Shown here one piece after another: positions 1-9,886 of a DNA stretch of 32,000 bases (positions are counted from its first letter, which is position 1; the number at the start of each line of letters is the position of its first letter). The notes beneath the pieces were generated by a model, which did not search any database, was not told where the DNA came from, and saw only the letters and a list, made by a program, of their open reading frames with translations. Where the stretch lies: NCBI RefSeq assembly GCF_900167395.1, contig NZ_FUWK01000004.1:1-32000 (forward strand), given 5' to 3'. The position numbers and the translations under genes were made by a program. This DNA is from Nitrosomonas europaea (GTDB lineage Bacteria; Pseudomonadota; Gammaproteobacteria; Burkholderiales; Nitrosomonadaceae).

Positions 1-385
1 TGTCTGCCTGGAAAATGGTACGGAACATCGCCTGACCCAGCCAAATCACCCCTGGACCAATGGTCAAGTCGAACGCATGAACCGCACCCTCAAGGAAGCA
101 ACCGTCAAACGCTATCATTATGAAAATCATCAACAGTTGCGAGAGCATCTTTACAGCTTCCTGAATGCCTACAACTTCGCCAGGCGACTCAAAACCTTAC
201 GAGGACTCACACCTTACGAATACATCATCAAATGCTGGCAAAACGAACCTGAACGTTTTATCATCAATCCATACCATCACAAAGTGGGACTAAACAGTTA
301 CTCAGTCTTTCGATGTCTCGATACCGTGAGGTTATCTGCAGCCCATGTCGGATTTTTTACAGAGATGAGGGAAATATCGTGCTGA
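1..385 (+). mobile_element. 3' end of an IS transposase gene (rve/DDE integrase-core type, IS481-like), 5' part outside the window
   Basis: Frame 2 is open from the window edge and reads ...LTQPNHPWTNGQVERMNRTLKEATVKRYHYENHQQLREHLYSFLNAYNFARRLKTLRGLTPYEYIIKCWQNEPERFIINPYHHKVGLNS.... PWTNGQVERxNRT followed by YNxxRRLKTLxGLTPYE is the typical C-terminal end of rve-domain transposases. Conserved-looking sequence stops near nt 297, so the IS right end is probably around 295-320. The rest of the ORF to 385 is likely read-through into flanking DNA. The inverted repeat cannot be defined without the other end. Confidence 0.7.
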
Positions 386-513
386 TACTTCATGTCATGA
401 GGGAGGAAATGCAGTTACGGAAATATCTCCTGAGTCAAAATAATGACGGCTAACCAAGTATTCGAGGAACCTCAGGTAGATAAAATTTCCCTGCATATCA
501 GATAAACAAGAAG

Positions 514-546
514 AATCCCGGACGGGTGGACAATCCGCCCGGGATT
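514..546 (-). terminator. Hairpin in the IS-uvrC gap, possible distal uvrC terminator
   Basis: aatcccggacgg / ccgcccgggatt form a 12-bp stem with 1 mismatch and a 9-nt loop. On the minus strand it is followed by tcttcttgttt, which is only moderately T-rich. It lies about 250 nt past the uvrC stop. Confidence 0.3.
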
Positions 547-794
547 TGGAGGGGTTGAGATTGCTCCGAGAGAGAGAAGGAGAGATAATGAGAAGCAATC
601 TCATTTGTGATATTAATGATATGGGTGATAGAAGTCAAGCGTTTTTATATAAATTTAATCAGCCAGGTTTCCGGAAGAACCTGCCGGTGCCTTGTCATGA
701 CGCAGGCATACGGGATGACTTCATTCGGTGGTGGTACGCCGGATAGGCGTGAATGCTTACTTTTTGCCGAAAATCGGTGGTGCCTGTTTTCGTT

Positions 795-2609
795 CTAGCG
801 CAATTCCCGGTAGATTTTTTCTGCCAGTGACCGGCTGATGCCTTCTGTCTGCTGTAATTCTTCGATGCTGGCGTTTTTTACTCCTTTGAGACCACCAAAG
901 CGGGTGAGCAGGCTCTGACGGCGCTTCGTACCGATACCGGAGATTTGTTCGAGTGTGGAGATTTTGCGGGTTTTGGCGCGCTTTGCGCGATGCCCCTGGA
1001 TGGCAAAGCGGTGTGCTTCATCGCGAATCTGCTGGATGAGGTGCAGAGCAGGGTGGTCATCCGGCAGGTGCAGTGCTTCTTCCTGCCAGGGGAGAATCAG
1101 TTGTTCCAGACCGGGTTTGCGTGTTTCTCCCTTGGCAACGCCTACCAGTGGAATGTCATTGAGCCCCAGTTCTATCATCACTTCACTGGCAACCCTGATT
1201 TGTCCCTTACCGCCATCGATCAGAATCAAATCAGGCAGTTTTCCTTCCTCCATAGCAAGTTTTGCATAGCGCCGCTGCAGCACGTCGCGCATTGCTGCAT
1301 AGTCATCTCCCGGCACAATGCCGGTAATGTTGTAGCGGCGGTATTCACCATTGCGCATGGCGAAACGGTCGTACACCACGCAGGAGGCAATCGTTGCTTC
1401 TCCCATGGTGTGGCTGATATCGAAGCATTCGATGCGCGCCAGGCCAGGCAGATTCAATGCTTCCTGCAAGGCTTGCAGTCTGTCTTCCTGGCTGGCCTGC
1501 TGGATCAGCATCTGCTGCAGCGCCAGTTGCGCATTTTCGGCTGCCATATCGAGCCACTTGCGCCGTTCTCCGATCGGGTTGGTCGTCAGAGTGATTTTAT
1601 GCCCGGCCTGGTCGGATAACAGCTTCTGCAGCAGTGTTACCCGGATTTTCTGACCGAGGATGATCAGCGGGGGAACACTGCGGTTCAGATAATGTTGAGT
1701 GACAAATGCTTCCAGCACCGTACTGATATCTGCTTCATACACGTTTTGCGGAAAGAAGGTTTTATCGCCCAGGTGACGCCCGCTGCGGATCATGACCAGG
1801 TTGACGGCAACCGCGTGGCTGTCCGGTTCAATTGCACACGCGATCACATCCGCATCCAGTGCCTTGCCGCTATCGACAAACTGTTTTTCCTGGATTTTGC
1901 GCAATGCCTGCATCTGGTCGCGCAATTGTGCAGCCTGTTCATAATCCTGCTGATCGGATGCTGTGAACATTTTCTGTTCGATCGTTTTCAGCACTTCATC
2001 CTGTTTGCCCTGCAGGAACATGGCCGCACTTTTTACATCCTGCTGATACGCTTCCGGTGTGATCAGCCCGACACAAGGCCCGCTGCAGCGCTTGATCTGA
2101 TAAAGCAGGCAAGGTCGTGTGCGGTGATCGAATACCGAGTTCTCACAGGTACGCAGGCGAAACACTTTCTGTAGTAACTGGATACTGGATTTGACGACAC
2201 CCGCATTCGGAAACGGGCCGAAATACTGATGGCGGTCATCCAGTGCACCCCGATAAAACGCAAGCCTGGGAAAAATATGCCGGGTCAGCAGCAGATAAGG
2301 ATAGGATTTATCGTCCCGAAACAGGATGTTGTAGCGAGGCGCAAGGCTTTTGATCAGATTGTTTTCGAGCAGCAGTGCTTCTGCTTCGGAACGGGTGACG
2401 GTTGTTTCGATCCCCGCAATCTGCGACACCATGAGCTGAATACGCGGCGACAGGCCGGATTTCTGAAAGTAGGACGATACTCTTTTCCTGAGATCGATGG
2501 CTTTACCTACATAAATCACATCACCTGCCGCATTCAGCATGCGATATACGCCCGGCTGGGCGGGCAGTGTCAGAACGAATGCTTTACCGTCGAAATGTGC
2601 ATCCGGCAA
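795..2609 (-). CDS. uvrC: Excinuclease ABC subunit C (UvrC)
   Basis: 604-aa ORF. It has an N-terminal GIY-YIG motif (GVYRMLNAAGDVIYVGKAIDLRKRVSSY), a central UVR-type region and a C-terminal (HhH)2 region (ISGIGTKRRQSLLTRFGGLKGVKNASIEEL). Confidence 0.97.
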   Translation of the reverse strand: MPDAHFDGKAFVLTLPAQPGVYRMLNAAGDVIYVGKAIDLRKRVSSYFQKSGLSPRIQLMVSQIAGIETTVTRSEAEALLLENNLIKSLAPRYNILFRDDKSYPYLLLTRHIFPRLAFYRGALDDRHQYFGPFPNAGVVKSSIQLLQKVFRLRTCENSVFDHRTRPCLLYQIKRCSGPCVGLITPEAYQQDVKSAAMFLQGKQDEVLKTIEQKMFTASDQQDYEQAAQLRDQMQALRKIQEKQFVDSGKALDADVIACAIEPDSHAVAVNLVMIRSGRHLGDKTFFPQNVYEADISTVLEAFVTQHYLNRSVPPLIILGQKIRVTLLQKLLSDQAGHKITLTTNPIGERRKWLDMAAENAQLALQQMLIQQASQEDRLQALQEALNLPGLARIECFDISHTMGEATIASCVVYDRFAMRNGEYRRYNITGIVPGDDYAAMRDVLQRRYAKLAMEEGKLPDLILIDGGKGQIRVASEVMIELGLNDIPLVGVAKGETRKPGLEQLILPWQEEALHLPDDHPALHLIQQIRDEAHRFAIQGHRAKRAKTRKISTLEQISGIGTKRRQSLLTRFGGLKGVKNASIEELQQTEGISRSLAEKIYRELR

Positions 2610-2624
2610 GGGCAGAGTACTCCA

Positions 2625-2813
2625 TTATTTATCGTCACCGAGTAATTTGCCGCCAATCGCCCAGCTTTCATGCGGCAGCTCGTCAAACGCGATATAAGTG
2701 TAGGACTTGGGTTTATGCGCGATACGTTCGAGCGTATCGGTGATTTCAGTGGCGATCTGCTGTTTCTGTTCGCGGGTCAATGTACCGGCCAGCCGGATGT
2801 TGACATAAGGCAT
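2625..2813 (-). CDS. 4-oxalocrotonate tautomerase family protein (62 aa)
   Basis: The track ORF runs to 2879, but the ATG at 2813 is preceded by AGGAG. It gives MPYVNIRLAGTLTREQKQQIATEITDTLERIAHKPKSYTYIAFDELPHESWAIGGKLL, with the Pro1 and ~60-aa size typical of the 4-OT family. Its stop is 15 nt before the uvrC start. Confidence 0.85.
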   Translation of the reverse strand: MPYVNIRLAGTLTREQKQQIATEITDTLERIAHKPKSYTYIAFDELPHESWAIGGKLLGDDK

Positions 2814-2829
2814 TTTATTCTCCTGTTGT

Positions 2830-3483
2830 TTATTGAGTTGCAGCCATATCCTGACAAATCCTGTCGAAAATCTGCTCAAACATGGTTTCGGTCAGGCGTC
2901 TGGTCTGAGTATTGTAGCGACTGCAATGGTAGCTGTCATAGAGCTTCAGTTCCTCTGTGACACGATGAATTGCACCGTGGCTGAAGGGAAAATCGGCATT
3001 GCGACATCCCAGTGCCATCAGCACGGCCTGATGAGCGATAGTTCCCAGTGCCAGCAGCGCCTGCCCGCCATTTCTCGCAAAATTATCCAGTTCGACTGCC
3101 AGAAAAGCATTACATTGCCGTATTTCTGCCGGTTGAGGCTTGTTTGCCGGTGGCAGACATTTGACGGCATTGGTGATTCGGCAGTCAGTCAAATGAAGCG
3201 GATCGTCCGCGCTGACTGATTCATCGTGGCTGGCAAAGCCGAATTTGTGTAATGTCCGGTATAAAAGTATCCCGGCATAATCACCGGTGAACGGGCGGCC
3301 AGTCCGGTTGGCACCATGCAATCCCGGTGCAAGACCCACGATCAGTAATTTTGCTGAAGAATCACCGAAAGGGGCAACCGGCCGGGCATGGTAATCAGGG
3401 TAATCGGTTTTGACTTGATCCAGATGCTGCGCGAGTCGCGGGCAATCGCGACAATCCGGCTGAAACGGGCTTGATACGGTCAT
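2830..3483 (-). CDS. Uracil-DNA glycosylase superfamily protein, family 4/5 (UdgB-like), probably Fe-S containing
   Basis: 217 aa. Motif LIVGLAPGLHGANRTGRPFTGDYAG has GLAPG in place of the acidic GEAPG of family 4, which fits family 5. An N-terminal CRDCPRL plus later Cys residues (VKCLPP, IRQCNAF) are consistent with a 4Fe-4S cluster. Confidence 0.85.
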   Translation of the reverse strand: MTVSSPFQPDCRDCPRLAQHLDQVKTDYPDYHARPVAPFGDSSAKLLIVGLAPGLHGANRTGRPFTGDYAGILLYRTLHKFGFASHDESVSADDPLHLTDCRITNAVKCLPPANKPQPAEIRQCNAFLAVELDNFARNGGQALLALGTIAHQAVLMALGCRNADFPFSHGAIHRVTEELKLYDSYHCSRYNTQTRRLTETMFEQIFDRICQDMAATQ

Positions 3484-3626
3484 GGAATCCTTTTGTTGTA
3501 AAATGGGTATCTCTTACCGGCAGGCAGTTATTTATGAATTTTGCTTCCGCAACTGAAGTCTGCACCGGTACTTCAACCAAATGGAGCCTGCATTTGCGGC
3601 ATACGTTCAAATGTTATCACGACCAT

Positions 3627-5438
3627 GTGAAATGGTCGGGCAGGGTACTCGGACGAACCTGGCACAGGTGGCCGGCTGTGCTGCTGTCATGCTGTATGCT
3701 ATATCTGTTGTGGTGCGGCACTGTTCTGGCCGCTGCCGCTGATGAAAAGGAAAAAAAGCCGGATCCGGTCGACGTGACGATCACTGCGCCTGCCTCCCTC
3801 AAAAAGCTGCTGGAGAAACACATGACCTTACCGGCAAAACCGTTCAGAGATGAAATCGATCAGGCAGCGTATGCACGCAAAATCAGGCAGGAATCCATCG
3901 AGCTGCTGGCAACGGAAGGCTATTTCACCCCTGAAATCGAATTCGACGAAAAAAAAGGAAACGGCAAAGCCAAAGCCAAGGCGTACGAATTGCGCATTAC
4001 ACCAGGCCCGCGCACGCGCGTAGCTGCTGTAACGATCGAATTCCAGGGAGCACTGGCCGCGGATGAACCCGCATACCGTGCCCGGGCAGAGCAGCTGCGC
4101 GCTGAGTGGCCACTGACGCCAGGTAAGGTGTTCCGCAGTGCACGCTGGGAAGATGCCAAATCTGCTTTGCTTTCCAGCATCGCGAACAGGGATTTTGCCA
4201 CTGCCCGCATCGTCGAGAGCCAGGCAAAAGTGGATCCGGATACCGCCCAGGCAACGTTGTCGATCACCATCGATTCCGGCCCGGCTTTCCGTTATGGTGA
4301 GCTGCAGATTACCGGACTGGAGCGTTACAAGCCGGATGTGGTTCAGAACAGTGTGCCTTTCCGCCCTGGTGACCCGTATCGTCGGGAACAGTTACTTGCT
4401 TTTCAGGCCGCACTGCAAAACAGCCAGCTGTTCAATGCGGCAGCGGTCACCGTCAAACCGGATCCCATGCAACATGAAGCTGTACCGGTCATCGTCACAC
4501 TGACTGAGGCACAATCCAAACACATTGGCGCGGGTCTTGGCTACAGCTCCAATAATGGTGCGCGCGGTGAAGTCAATTATCGTGACTACAATTTTCTCGG
4601 GCGTGCCTGGAATCTGAGCAGCTTGTTGCGTCTGGAACAAAAACGCCAGACTTTCTCGACAAGAGTGGATACCCTGCCCGATGCCAATCATTTCCAGTAT
4701 TCATCGGGCGTGCGCGTCGAAAGGACCGATATCAAGAATCTGCAAACATTCAATCAGCGGGTAGATTTTTCCAGAATACGGACAACCGCCAATTCCATCC
4801 TGCAGGTGGGTGTCAACTGGCAGCGCGAACAGCGGGAACCCTCTGGCGCACCGAAAACCACAAATGAAACCCTGGCGCTGGATTTATGGTATCGCTATCA
4901 CGACATCGATGATCCAGTGAATGTTCGTCGCGGTTTTGTTTCGGAAGTGCGGCTGGGAGGGGGTTCCAGCTATGTCCTGTCGGATCAGGATTTCATTCGC
5001 AGCTATCTGCGACATCAGCACTGGCTGCCGATCGGCCGGCGGGATACGCTCTACTTTCGTGCCGAAGCCGGTTACACCCTGGCTTCATCGCGTCAGGGAA
5101 TCCCGCAGGAATACCTGTTCCGCGCCGGGGGAATTCAATCCATCCGCGGGTACGATTTTCTGAGTCTCGGCGTGCGTGAAGGCGATGCAATCGTTGGCGG
5201 ACGCGTTCTTGCGACCGGCACGGCAGAGTACGTCCATTGGCTTACGAATGACTGGGGAGCGGCAGTATTTACCGATGTGGGTGATGCAGCGGACAGCCTG
5301 AAGCAATTCGATCTGGCAATAGGGTATGGTATCGGCGCACGCTGGCGCAGTCCTGCCGGCCCTTTTGCGCTGGATCTGGCAAGACGACATGATACCGGAA
5401 CATTACGACTGCATTTCTCCATTGCAGTGGCATTCTGA
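3627..5438 (+). CDS. tamA: Omp85-family outer membrane protein, TamA (translocation and assembly module)
   Basis: The frame is open from 3471. The GTG at 3627 gives a plausible signal peptide (VKWSGRVLGRTWHRWPAVLLSCCMLYLLWCGTVLAAAA/DEK). The ATG at 3534 would give a 60-aa n-region. The protein has a POTRA-like N-terminal part and a C-terminal beta-barrel ending LRLHFSIAVAF, and tamB follows directly. The start codon is uncertain. Confidence 0.85.
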   Translation: MKWSGRVLGRTWHRWPAVLLSCCMLYLLWCGTVLAAAADEKEKKPDPVDVTITAPASLKKLLEKHMTLPAKPFRDEIDQAAYARKIRQESIELLATEGYFTPEIEFDEKKGNGKAKAKAYELRITPGPRTRVAAVTIEFQGALAADEPAYRARAEQLRAEWPLTPGKVFRSARWEDAKSALLSSIANRDFATARIVESQAKVDPDTAQATLSITIDSGPAFRYGELQITGLERYKPDVVQNSVPFRPGDPYRREQLLAFQAALQNSQLFNAAAVTVKPDPMQHEAVPVIVTLTEAQSKHIGAGLGYSSNNGARGEVNYRDYNFLGRAWNLSSLLRLEQKRQTFSTRVDTLPDANHFQYSSGVRVERTDIKNLQTFNQRVDFSRIRTTANSILQVGVNWQREQREPSGAPKTTNETLALDLWYRYHDIDDPVNVRRGFVSEVRLGGGSSYVLSDQDFIRSYLRHQHWLPIGRRDTLYFRAEAGYTLASSRQGIPQEYLFRAGGIQSIRGYDFLSLGVREGDAIVGGRVLATGTAEYVHWLTNDWGAAVFTDVGDAADSLKQFDLAIGYGIGARWRSPAGPFALDLARRHDTGTLRLHFSIAVAF

Positions 5439-5439
5439 T

Positions 5440-8400
5440 ATGGACAATCACACAGAGAACGAGAACCCCACACCACAGCCTCCAGCAGAGCCTCCACGAC
5501 GACTCAGGAAATGGCTGGCGGGGATAGCGACAGTAGTGGTGCTGGCCGTGACCAGCGGTTTCTACTGGCTGATCTTTACATCTGCCGGTTTGCACTGGTT
5601 GCTGATGATTGCTTCTCAAGCCACGGGAGGGGCACTGACATTTTCGGGGGTGAACGGCAGTCTGCATCATACCGTTCACGCCGGGATGATTGCCTATCAA
5701 AGTGATGAACTAACCGCCAGAGTCGAAGATATGACTTTCCGCTGGCAGCCCCGGCAGTTACTGACCGGAAAACTGCATATCGAAACACTGATGATCCGGT
5801 CAGTCGAGGTACATAGTGCTGCTTCTGAGCAGGAGGAGGAACCCGTTACTCTGCCGGAGAATTTGTCACTCCCTGTCGATGCGGTGATCGAGAAATTGGG
5901 TATCCGGTCATTGAAGCGCTATACACTGGGTAACGACCAGCCGGATATCGTCATGACCGATCTCGCTTTGCGGCTGGATAGTGATGGCAAGCGCCATCAT
6001 CTACAAACGCTGGCACTCGGTCTGGAATGGGGAAAAATAGCAGGCAACCTGGAAATCGGGATACATCCACCCTTTGATCTGGCCTCACAACTGGTTTTTT
6101 ATAATTGGGCCAACGTTGCCAATACCAGCAGTGAGCCCGCTGGTTATGCGGCTGTTCGCCTGGGCGGCAATCTGCAGCAGATACAAGCAGCGCTGACCAT
6201 AGCAGACAGGAAACTGGCAGGGAAAGGTAATTTCACCATACACCCTTTTGATGCACTACCGTTGCTGGAAGCCAATCTGGTGGTGAGCGGATTGGATCTC
6301 AATGTGTTTTCTTCTGATTTGCCCAAAGCCGATCTGAGTTTCAGCAGCCAGCTGGCACAAAAGCAGGCAGAGCAACTCACCGGCCATATCACCATCAGTA
6401 ATGCGATGGCACGCCCGCTGGATCAGGACGGCATACCGCTGAAAAATGCCCATATGCTGCTCGATCTGACCCACGACAAAATACAGCTCAGTGATATTGC
6501 ATTGCGCTTGTCTGAACGGGAGGAAGTGCCAGGCAGCCTGACAGGGGAGGCCAACTGGCAGATCAGTACGAAAACCGGGCAGGCGGATATTCATGTCCGA
6601 CGACTGAACCCGACTGATCTGCAAAGCAGCCTGCGCCCGGCAAAGCTGTCCGGCAACCTGCATTTCGATGGCAATCAGGAATCTCAGCAAGGATCGATCA
6701 AGCTCCGCGATGAGGCTTTGCGGCTGAATATGGATATGGCCCTGGTGCGCACGGCCTCGGCCATTACTATCGAGAAACTCGATCTGGTGCGAGGGGATTC
6801 GAGTATGTCCGGCCATGGCACATTGCAACTGGATGAGTCGCAACCGTTCACTTTTGAGGGGCTGCTCAGGCAATTCGATGTTTCTGCCTTTGCCGATGTA
6901 CCACCCTCCAATCTGAATGCGACATTCAATCTGGCCGGCCAGCTGGCTCTACAACCTGCTGCCAATATCGATTTTATGTTTGAACCCAGTCGTTTCGCCA
7001 ATCAACTTGTTTCCGGCCAGGGTAGCCTCGTACTGCAGCAGCCTGCTCACATACGCAGTGATACCCATCTGCGCCTGGGTGACAATCAGCTCGAAATAAA
7101 AGGAGCGCTGGGTAATCCCGGGGATCGTCTGGCAGTGGTGTTATCTGCTCCCAAACTGGCGCAGATCGGGTTTGGACTGCAGGGCGATATTCACTCCCGT
7201 GTTGAACTGGGGGGTGCCATCGATCATCCGGATATCACATTCGAGATCGATTCGAATCATGTCGGCTTTCGTGAGGAACATCGGCTCGCACACCTCAAGG
7301 CCAGCGGAAACCTGCGCGGAACTGCACTCCAGCTCGATCTCCAAACGGGAGAATACCAGCAGGGGTCACAAACCCATCTGCAGAAGCTGTCACTCGGGTT
7401 GAGCGGTACACAGGCTCAGCATCAGTTGTCACTGACGAGCCAGATCGATCAGGCGACAGAAGTGCAGTTTCTGGCAAGGGGATCCGGTGATACTTCGCGT
7501 AAACAGTGGGAAGGTGTGATCGAGAAGCTATCTCTGACAGGATCAGTACCACTCGATCTGGTGACGCAACCGAGTATCAAGATCAGTCCTGAGACAGTGG
7601 CACTGGGACATACCCGGATAATGGCGGCAGCAGGTGAAATCGACATCCAGGATGCACGCTGGACACCTAAACAATGGTCCACACAAGGTAATTTCACCGG
7701 GATTGCACTAAAATCGGGCGATCTCTCATCCGAACATACTGAACCATTGAAGCTGAGGGGAAACTGGCAGCTTGCAGCTGACCGGCAACTGGCCGGGCAT
7801 TTGCGTATACAGCGGGAGAAAGGAGATTTCATTCTGCCGACAGAAACACCATTTGCACTGGGTCTGCAAACGCTCCTGCTCGATCTTCAGGCGGAGAACA
7901 ATGGTTTGAATGGGCAATTGACCATTCGCGGAAAGCATGTGGGTGAAACGACTGCCCGGGTCAGCGTGCCACTGCAATCAACCGGTTCCACCTGGGAAAT
8001 CAGAAAGAATGCACCGTTAAAGGGAGATCTGCAGTTGAATCTGCCTGATCTGGCCTGGATTGGTCCGGCACTGAACAATAATCTGCGCAGTGAAGGCCGG
8101 GTGACTGCGCAGGCGAGCCTGGCAGGGACACTCGACCAGCCGGAATTGCAGGGCAGGATGACGGGGGATGAATTGACGATTGCATTGCTGGATCAGGGAT
8201 TGCAATTGAAGGAAGGCAGGCTGGCCGTGGATTTCAACCAGGATAGGTTACGGCTTGAAACGCTCAATTTTACTGCGCCTCTCGAAAAACCGTCGAAAGA
8301 TCGCTTGCTCAAAAATATCAAACTATCCCGGAAATCCGGCCAATTGAATGCCCATGGCAGCCTGGATATTCATAATCAGCAAAGTCATCTGACGGTTGAA

Positions 8401-9414
8401 CTCGATCATTTGCCCATCGCGCAGCAGGCGGATCGCTGGATCGTCGTTTCCGGCAACAGTGTCATTGGTTTCAAGGAACAGGCGCTCGATATCACCGGAA
8501 AAATCATGACCGATGTTGGATTCATCAAGCAGCCCGCAGCCGGCAGGCCGGAACTGGCCGATGATGTCGTCATCAGTGGAAAGACCGAAGCCGAGCCGGA
8601 ATCACCCGCCATGCAAGTGAATCTGGATGCAATCCTTGATCTGGGAGAACGATTCTTTTTGCGTGCCTCCGGACTGGAAGGACGGCTGGCCGGACAATTG
8701 CATCTGCTCAGCAAGCCTGATCAACTGCTCAGCGCTATCGGCACCATTTCCACGCGTGATACCCGTTTTGAAGCTTACGGCCAGCGGTTGCAGGTTCGGC
8801 GCGGAATCGTCAACTTCGATGGGCCGCTCGATAATCCAGGGCTTAATATTCTCGCTGTCCGCACCAGTCAGGAATCTGATTTCGATACGGGTTCATCCGA
8901 CGTGATCGATCAGCCTTCCCAGGACAGCAGCGTCAATGCGCTGGCCGTGCGGGGTGGGATGCGAGTGGAGGCCGGTGTGGAAATTACCGGTACAGTAAGG
9001 CATCCCAAAATCAAACTGGTATCGCAACCGGAAGTACCCGATTCCGAGAAATTATCCTGGATCGTGCTGGGACGCCCGGCCGATAAAAGCGGTCTGGATA
9101 ATGCGTTACTGCTGAATGCAGCTGGAAGTATCTTTGGAGGTACCGATGAAAGCGTTCTGGAAAATATTACGCAAGGAATGGGGATCGATGATTTCTCGAT
9201 CCGGCAGCAGGCGGGTGGATCTTTGACTAACCAGGTCGGTACCATCGGCAAGCGGTTGTCATCACGTGCCTATCTGAGTTATGAACGTGGCCTGACCTCC
9301 GCTTCTGCCGGTATTGCCAAGCTGACCTACAGTTTATTCCCCCGTGTTTCAGTCGTCACCCGGGCAGGTGATGACAGTTCGGTCGATCTGTTCTACAACT
9401 TTCAGTTCGATTAA
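5440..9414 (+). CDS. tamB: TamB (translocation and assembly module subunit, DUF490 C-terminus), 1324 aa
   Basis: The ATG at 5440 lies 1 nt after the tamA TGA; the upstream part of the track ORF overlaps tamA out of frame. It has an N-terminal anchor (WLAGIATVVVLAVTSGFYWLIF), a very long beta-rich body and a C-terminal end AKLTYSLFPRVSVVTRAGDDSSVDLFYNFQFD typical of TamB. Confidence 0.9.
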   Translation: MDNHTENENPTPQPPAEPPRRLRKWLAGIATVVVLAVTSGFYWLIFTSAGLHWLLMIASQATGGALTFSGVNGSLHHTVHAGMIAYQSDELTARVEDMTFRWQPRQLLTGKLHIETLMIRSVEVHSAASEQEEEPVTLPENLSLPVDAVIEKLGIRSLKRYTLGNDQPDIVMTDLALRLDSDGKRHHLQTLALGLEWGKIAGNLEIGIHPPFDLASQLVFYNWANVANTSSEPAGYAAVRLGGNLQQIQAALTIADRKLAGKGNFTIHPFDALPLLEANLVVSGLDLNVFSSDLPKADLSFSSQLAQKQAEQLTGHITISNAMARPLDQDGIPLKNAHMLLDLTHDKIQLSDIALRLSEREEVPGSLTGEANWQISTKTGQADIHVRRLNPTDLQSSLRPAKLSGNLHFDGNQESQQGSIKLRDEALRLNMDMALVRTASAITIEKLDLVRGDSSMSGHGTLQLDESQPFTFEGLLRQFDVSAFADVPPSNLNATFNLAGQLALQPAANIDFMFEPSRFANQLVSGQGSLVLQQPAHIRSDTHLRLGDNQLEIKGALGNPGDRLAVVLSAPKLAQIGFGLQGDIHSRVELGGAIDHPDITFEIDSNHVGFREEHRLAHLKASGNLRGTALQLDLQTGEYQQGSQTHLQKLSLGLSGTQAQHQLSLTSQIDQATEVQFLARGSGDTSRKQWEGVIEKLSLTGSVPLDLVTQPSIKISPETVALGHTRIMAAAGEIDIQDARWTPKQWSTQGNFTGIALKSGDLSSEHTEPLKLRGNWQLAADRQLAGHLRIQREKGDFILPTETPFALGLQTLLLDLQAENNGLNGQLTIRGKHVGETTARVSVPLQSTGSTWEIRKNAPLKGDLQLNLPDLAWIGPALNNNLRSEGRVTAQASLAGTLDQPELQGRMTGDELTIALLDQGLQLKEGRLAVDFNQDRLRLETLNFTAPLEKPSKDRLLKNIKLSRKSGQLNAHGSLDIHNQQSHLTVELDHLPIAQQADRWIVVSGNSVIGFKEQALDITGKIMTDVGFIKQPAAGRPELADDVVISGKTEAEPESPAMQVNLDAILDLGERFFLRASGLEGRLAGQLHLLSKPDQLLSAIGTISTRDTRFEAYGQRLQVRRGIVNFDGPLDNPGLNILAVRTSQESDFDTGSSDVIDQPSQDSSVNALAVRGGMRVEAGVEITGTVRHPKIKLVSQPEVPDSEKLSWIVLGRPADKSGLDNALLLNAAGSIFGGTDESVLENITQGMGIDDFSIRQQAGGSLTNQVGTIGKRLSSRAYLSYERGLTSASAGIAKLTYSLFPRVSVVTRAGDDSSVDLFYNFQFD

Positions 9415-9866
9415 TCAGACAGGCTGTCAGATATCTGCATGACGTGCAGCTTTCTGCTCAGCTGACGTCTGGGCGCTATCAGATCAGCCAGCGTATAGTC
9501 GTCCAGCACGGCCATGAACGCGGAGAGTGCTTCCGAAATGGCTGTGCGCAGCACACAACTGCAACCGATGATGCATGAATTCTGATTACTGAAACATTCG
9601 ACGATATCCATCGAAGTTTCTGTATGACGTATTACTTCACCGATATTGATTTTCTCAGGGGCGTGAGCCAGGCGGATGCCCCCATTCTTTCCTCTCAGTG
9701 TATCCACATAACCCAGTTGGCCAAGGTGATGCACGATCTTGACGACATGGTTGCGCGAAATACCGTAACAATCCGCAATTTCCGTAATGGTGGACAATTC
9801 CTCTCTTTTCAAACCGAGATAAGTGAGGATGCGTAACGCGTAATCGCTGTAATTCGTCAGTCTCAT
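9411..9866 (-). CDS. nsrR: Rrf2-family NO/nitrite-sensitive repressor NsrR
   Basis: 151 aa. It has an N-terminal winged-helix region (MRLTNYSDYALRILTYLG...ISRNHVVKIVHHLGQLGYVDTLRGKNGGIRL) and a Cys cluster (ECFSNQNSCIIGCSCVL) for Fe-S ligation. It is divergent from ncgABC-nirK, as in Nitrosomonas europaea. Confidence 0.9.
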   Translation of the reverse strand: MRLTNYSDYALRILTYLGLKREELSTITEIADCYGISRNHVVKIVHHLGQLGYVDTLRGKNGGIRLAHAPEKINIGEVIRHTETSMDIVECFSNQNSCIIGCSCVLRTAISEALSAFMAVLDDYTLADLIAPRRQLSRKLHVMQISDSLSD

Positions 9867-9886
9867 GAAGTATTACCCATTTATTG

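Noticed and set aside
395-798. Three short ORFs (395-604 on the minus strand, 546-746 and 607-798 on the plus strand) in the IS-uvrC gap
   Set aside because: They have no RBS, mutually overlap, and have odd composition. They are more likely non-coding junction DNA.
945-1619. 224-aa + strand ORF, plus neighbouring ORFs at 955-1269, 1351-1653, 1692-2174 and 2229-2645
   Set aside because: All lie antisense or out of frame within the well-supported uvrC gene. Their composition is low-complexity (Cys/Arg/Ser-rich) with no recognisable motifs. They are shadow ORFs.
3471-3626. N-terminal 52 codons of the track tamA ORF, including ATG 3534
   Set aside because: They would put a 50-60-aa non-signal extension in front of an otherwise good signal peptide, and would overlap the divergent UDG promoter region. 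I prefer GTG 3627, but this remains unproven.
6256-6873. 205-aa minus-strand ORF and many other 60-130-aa ORFs inside tamA/tamB
   Set aside because: They are antisense to a continuous 1324-aa TamB frame with family-typical ends, and have no independent support.
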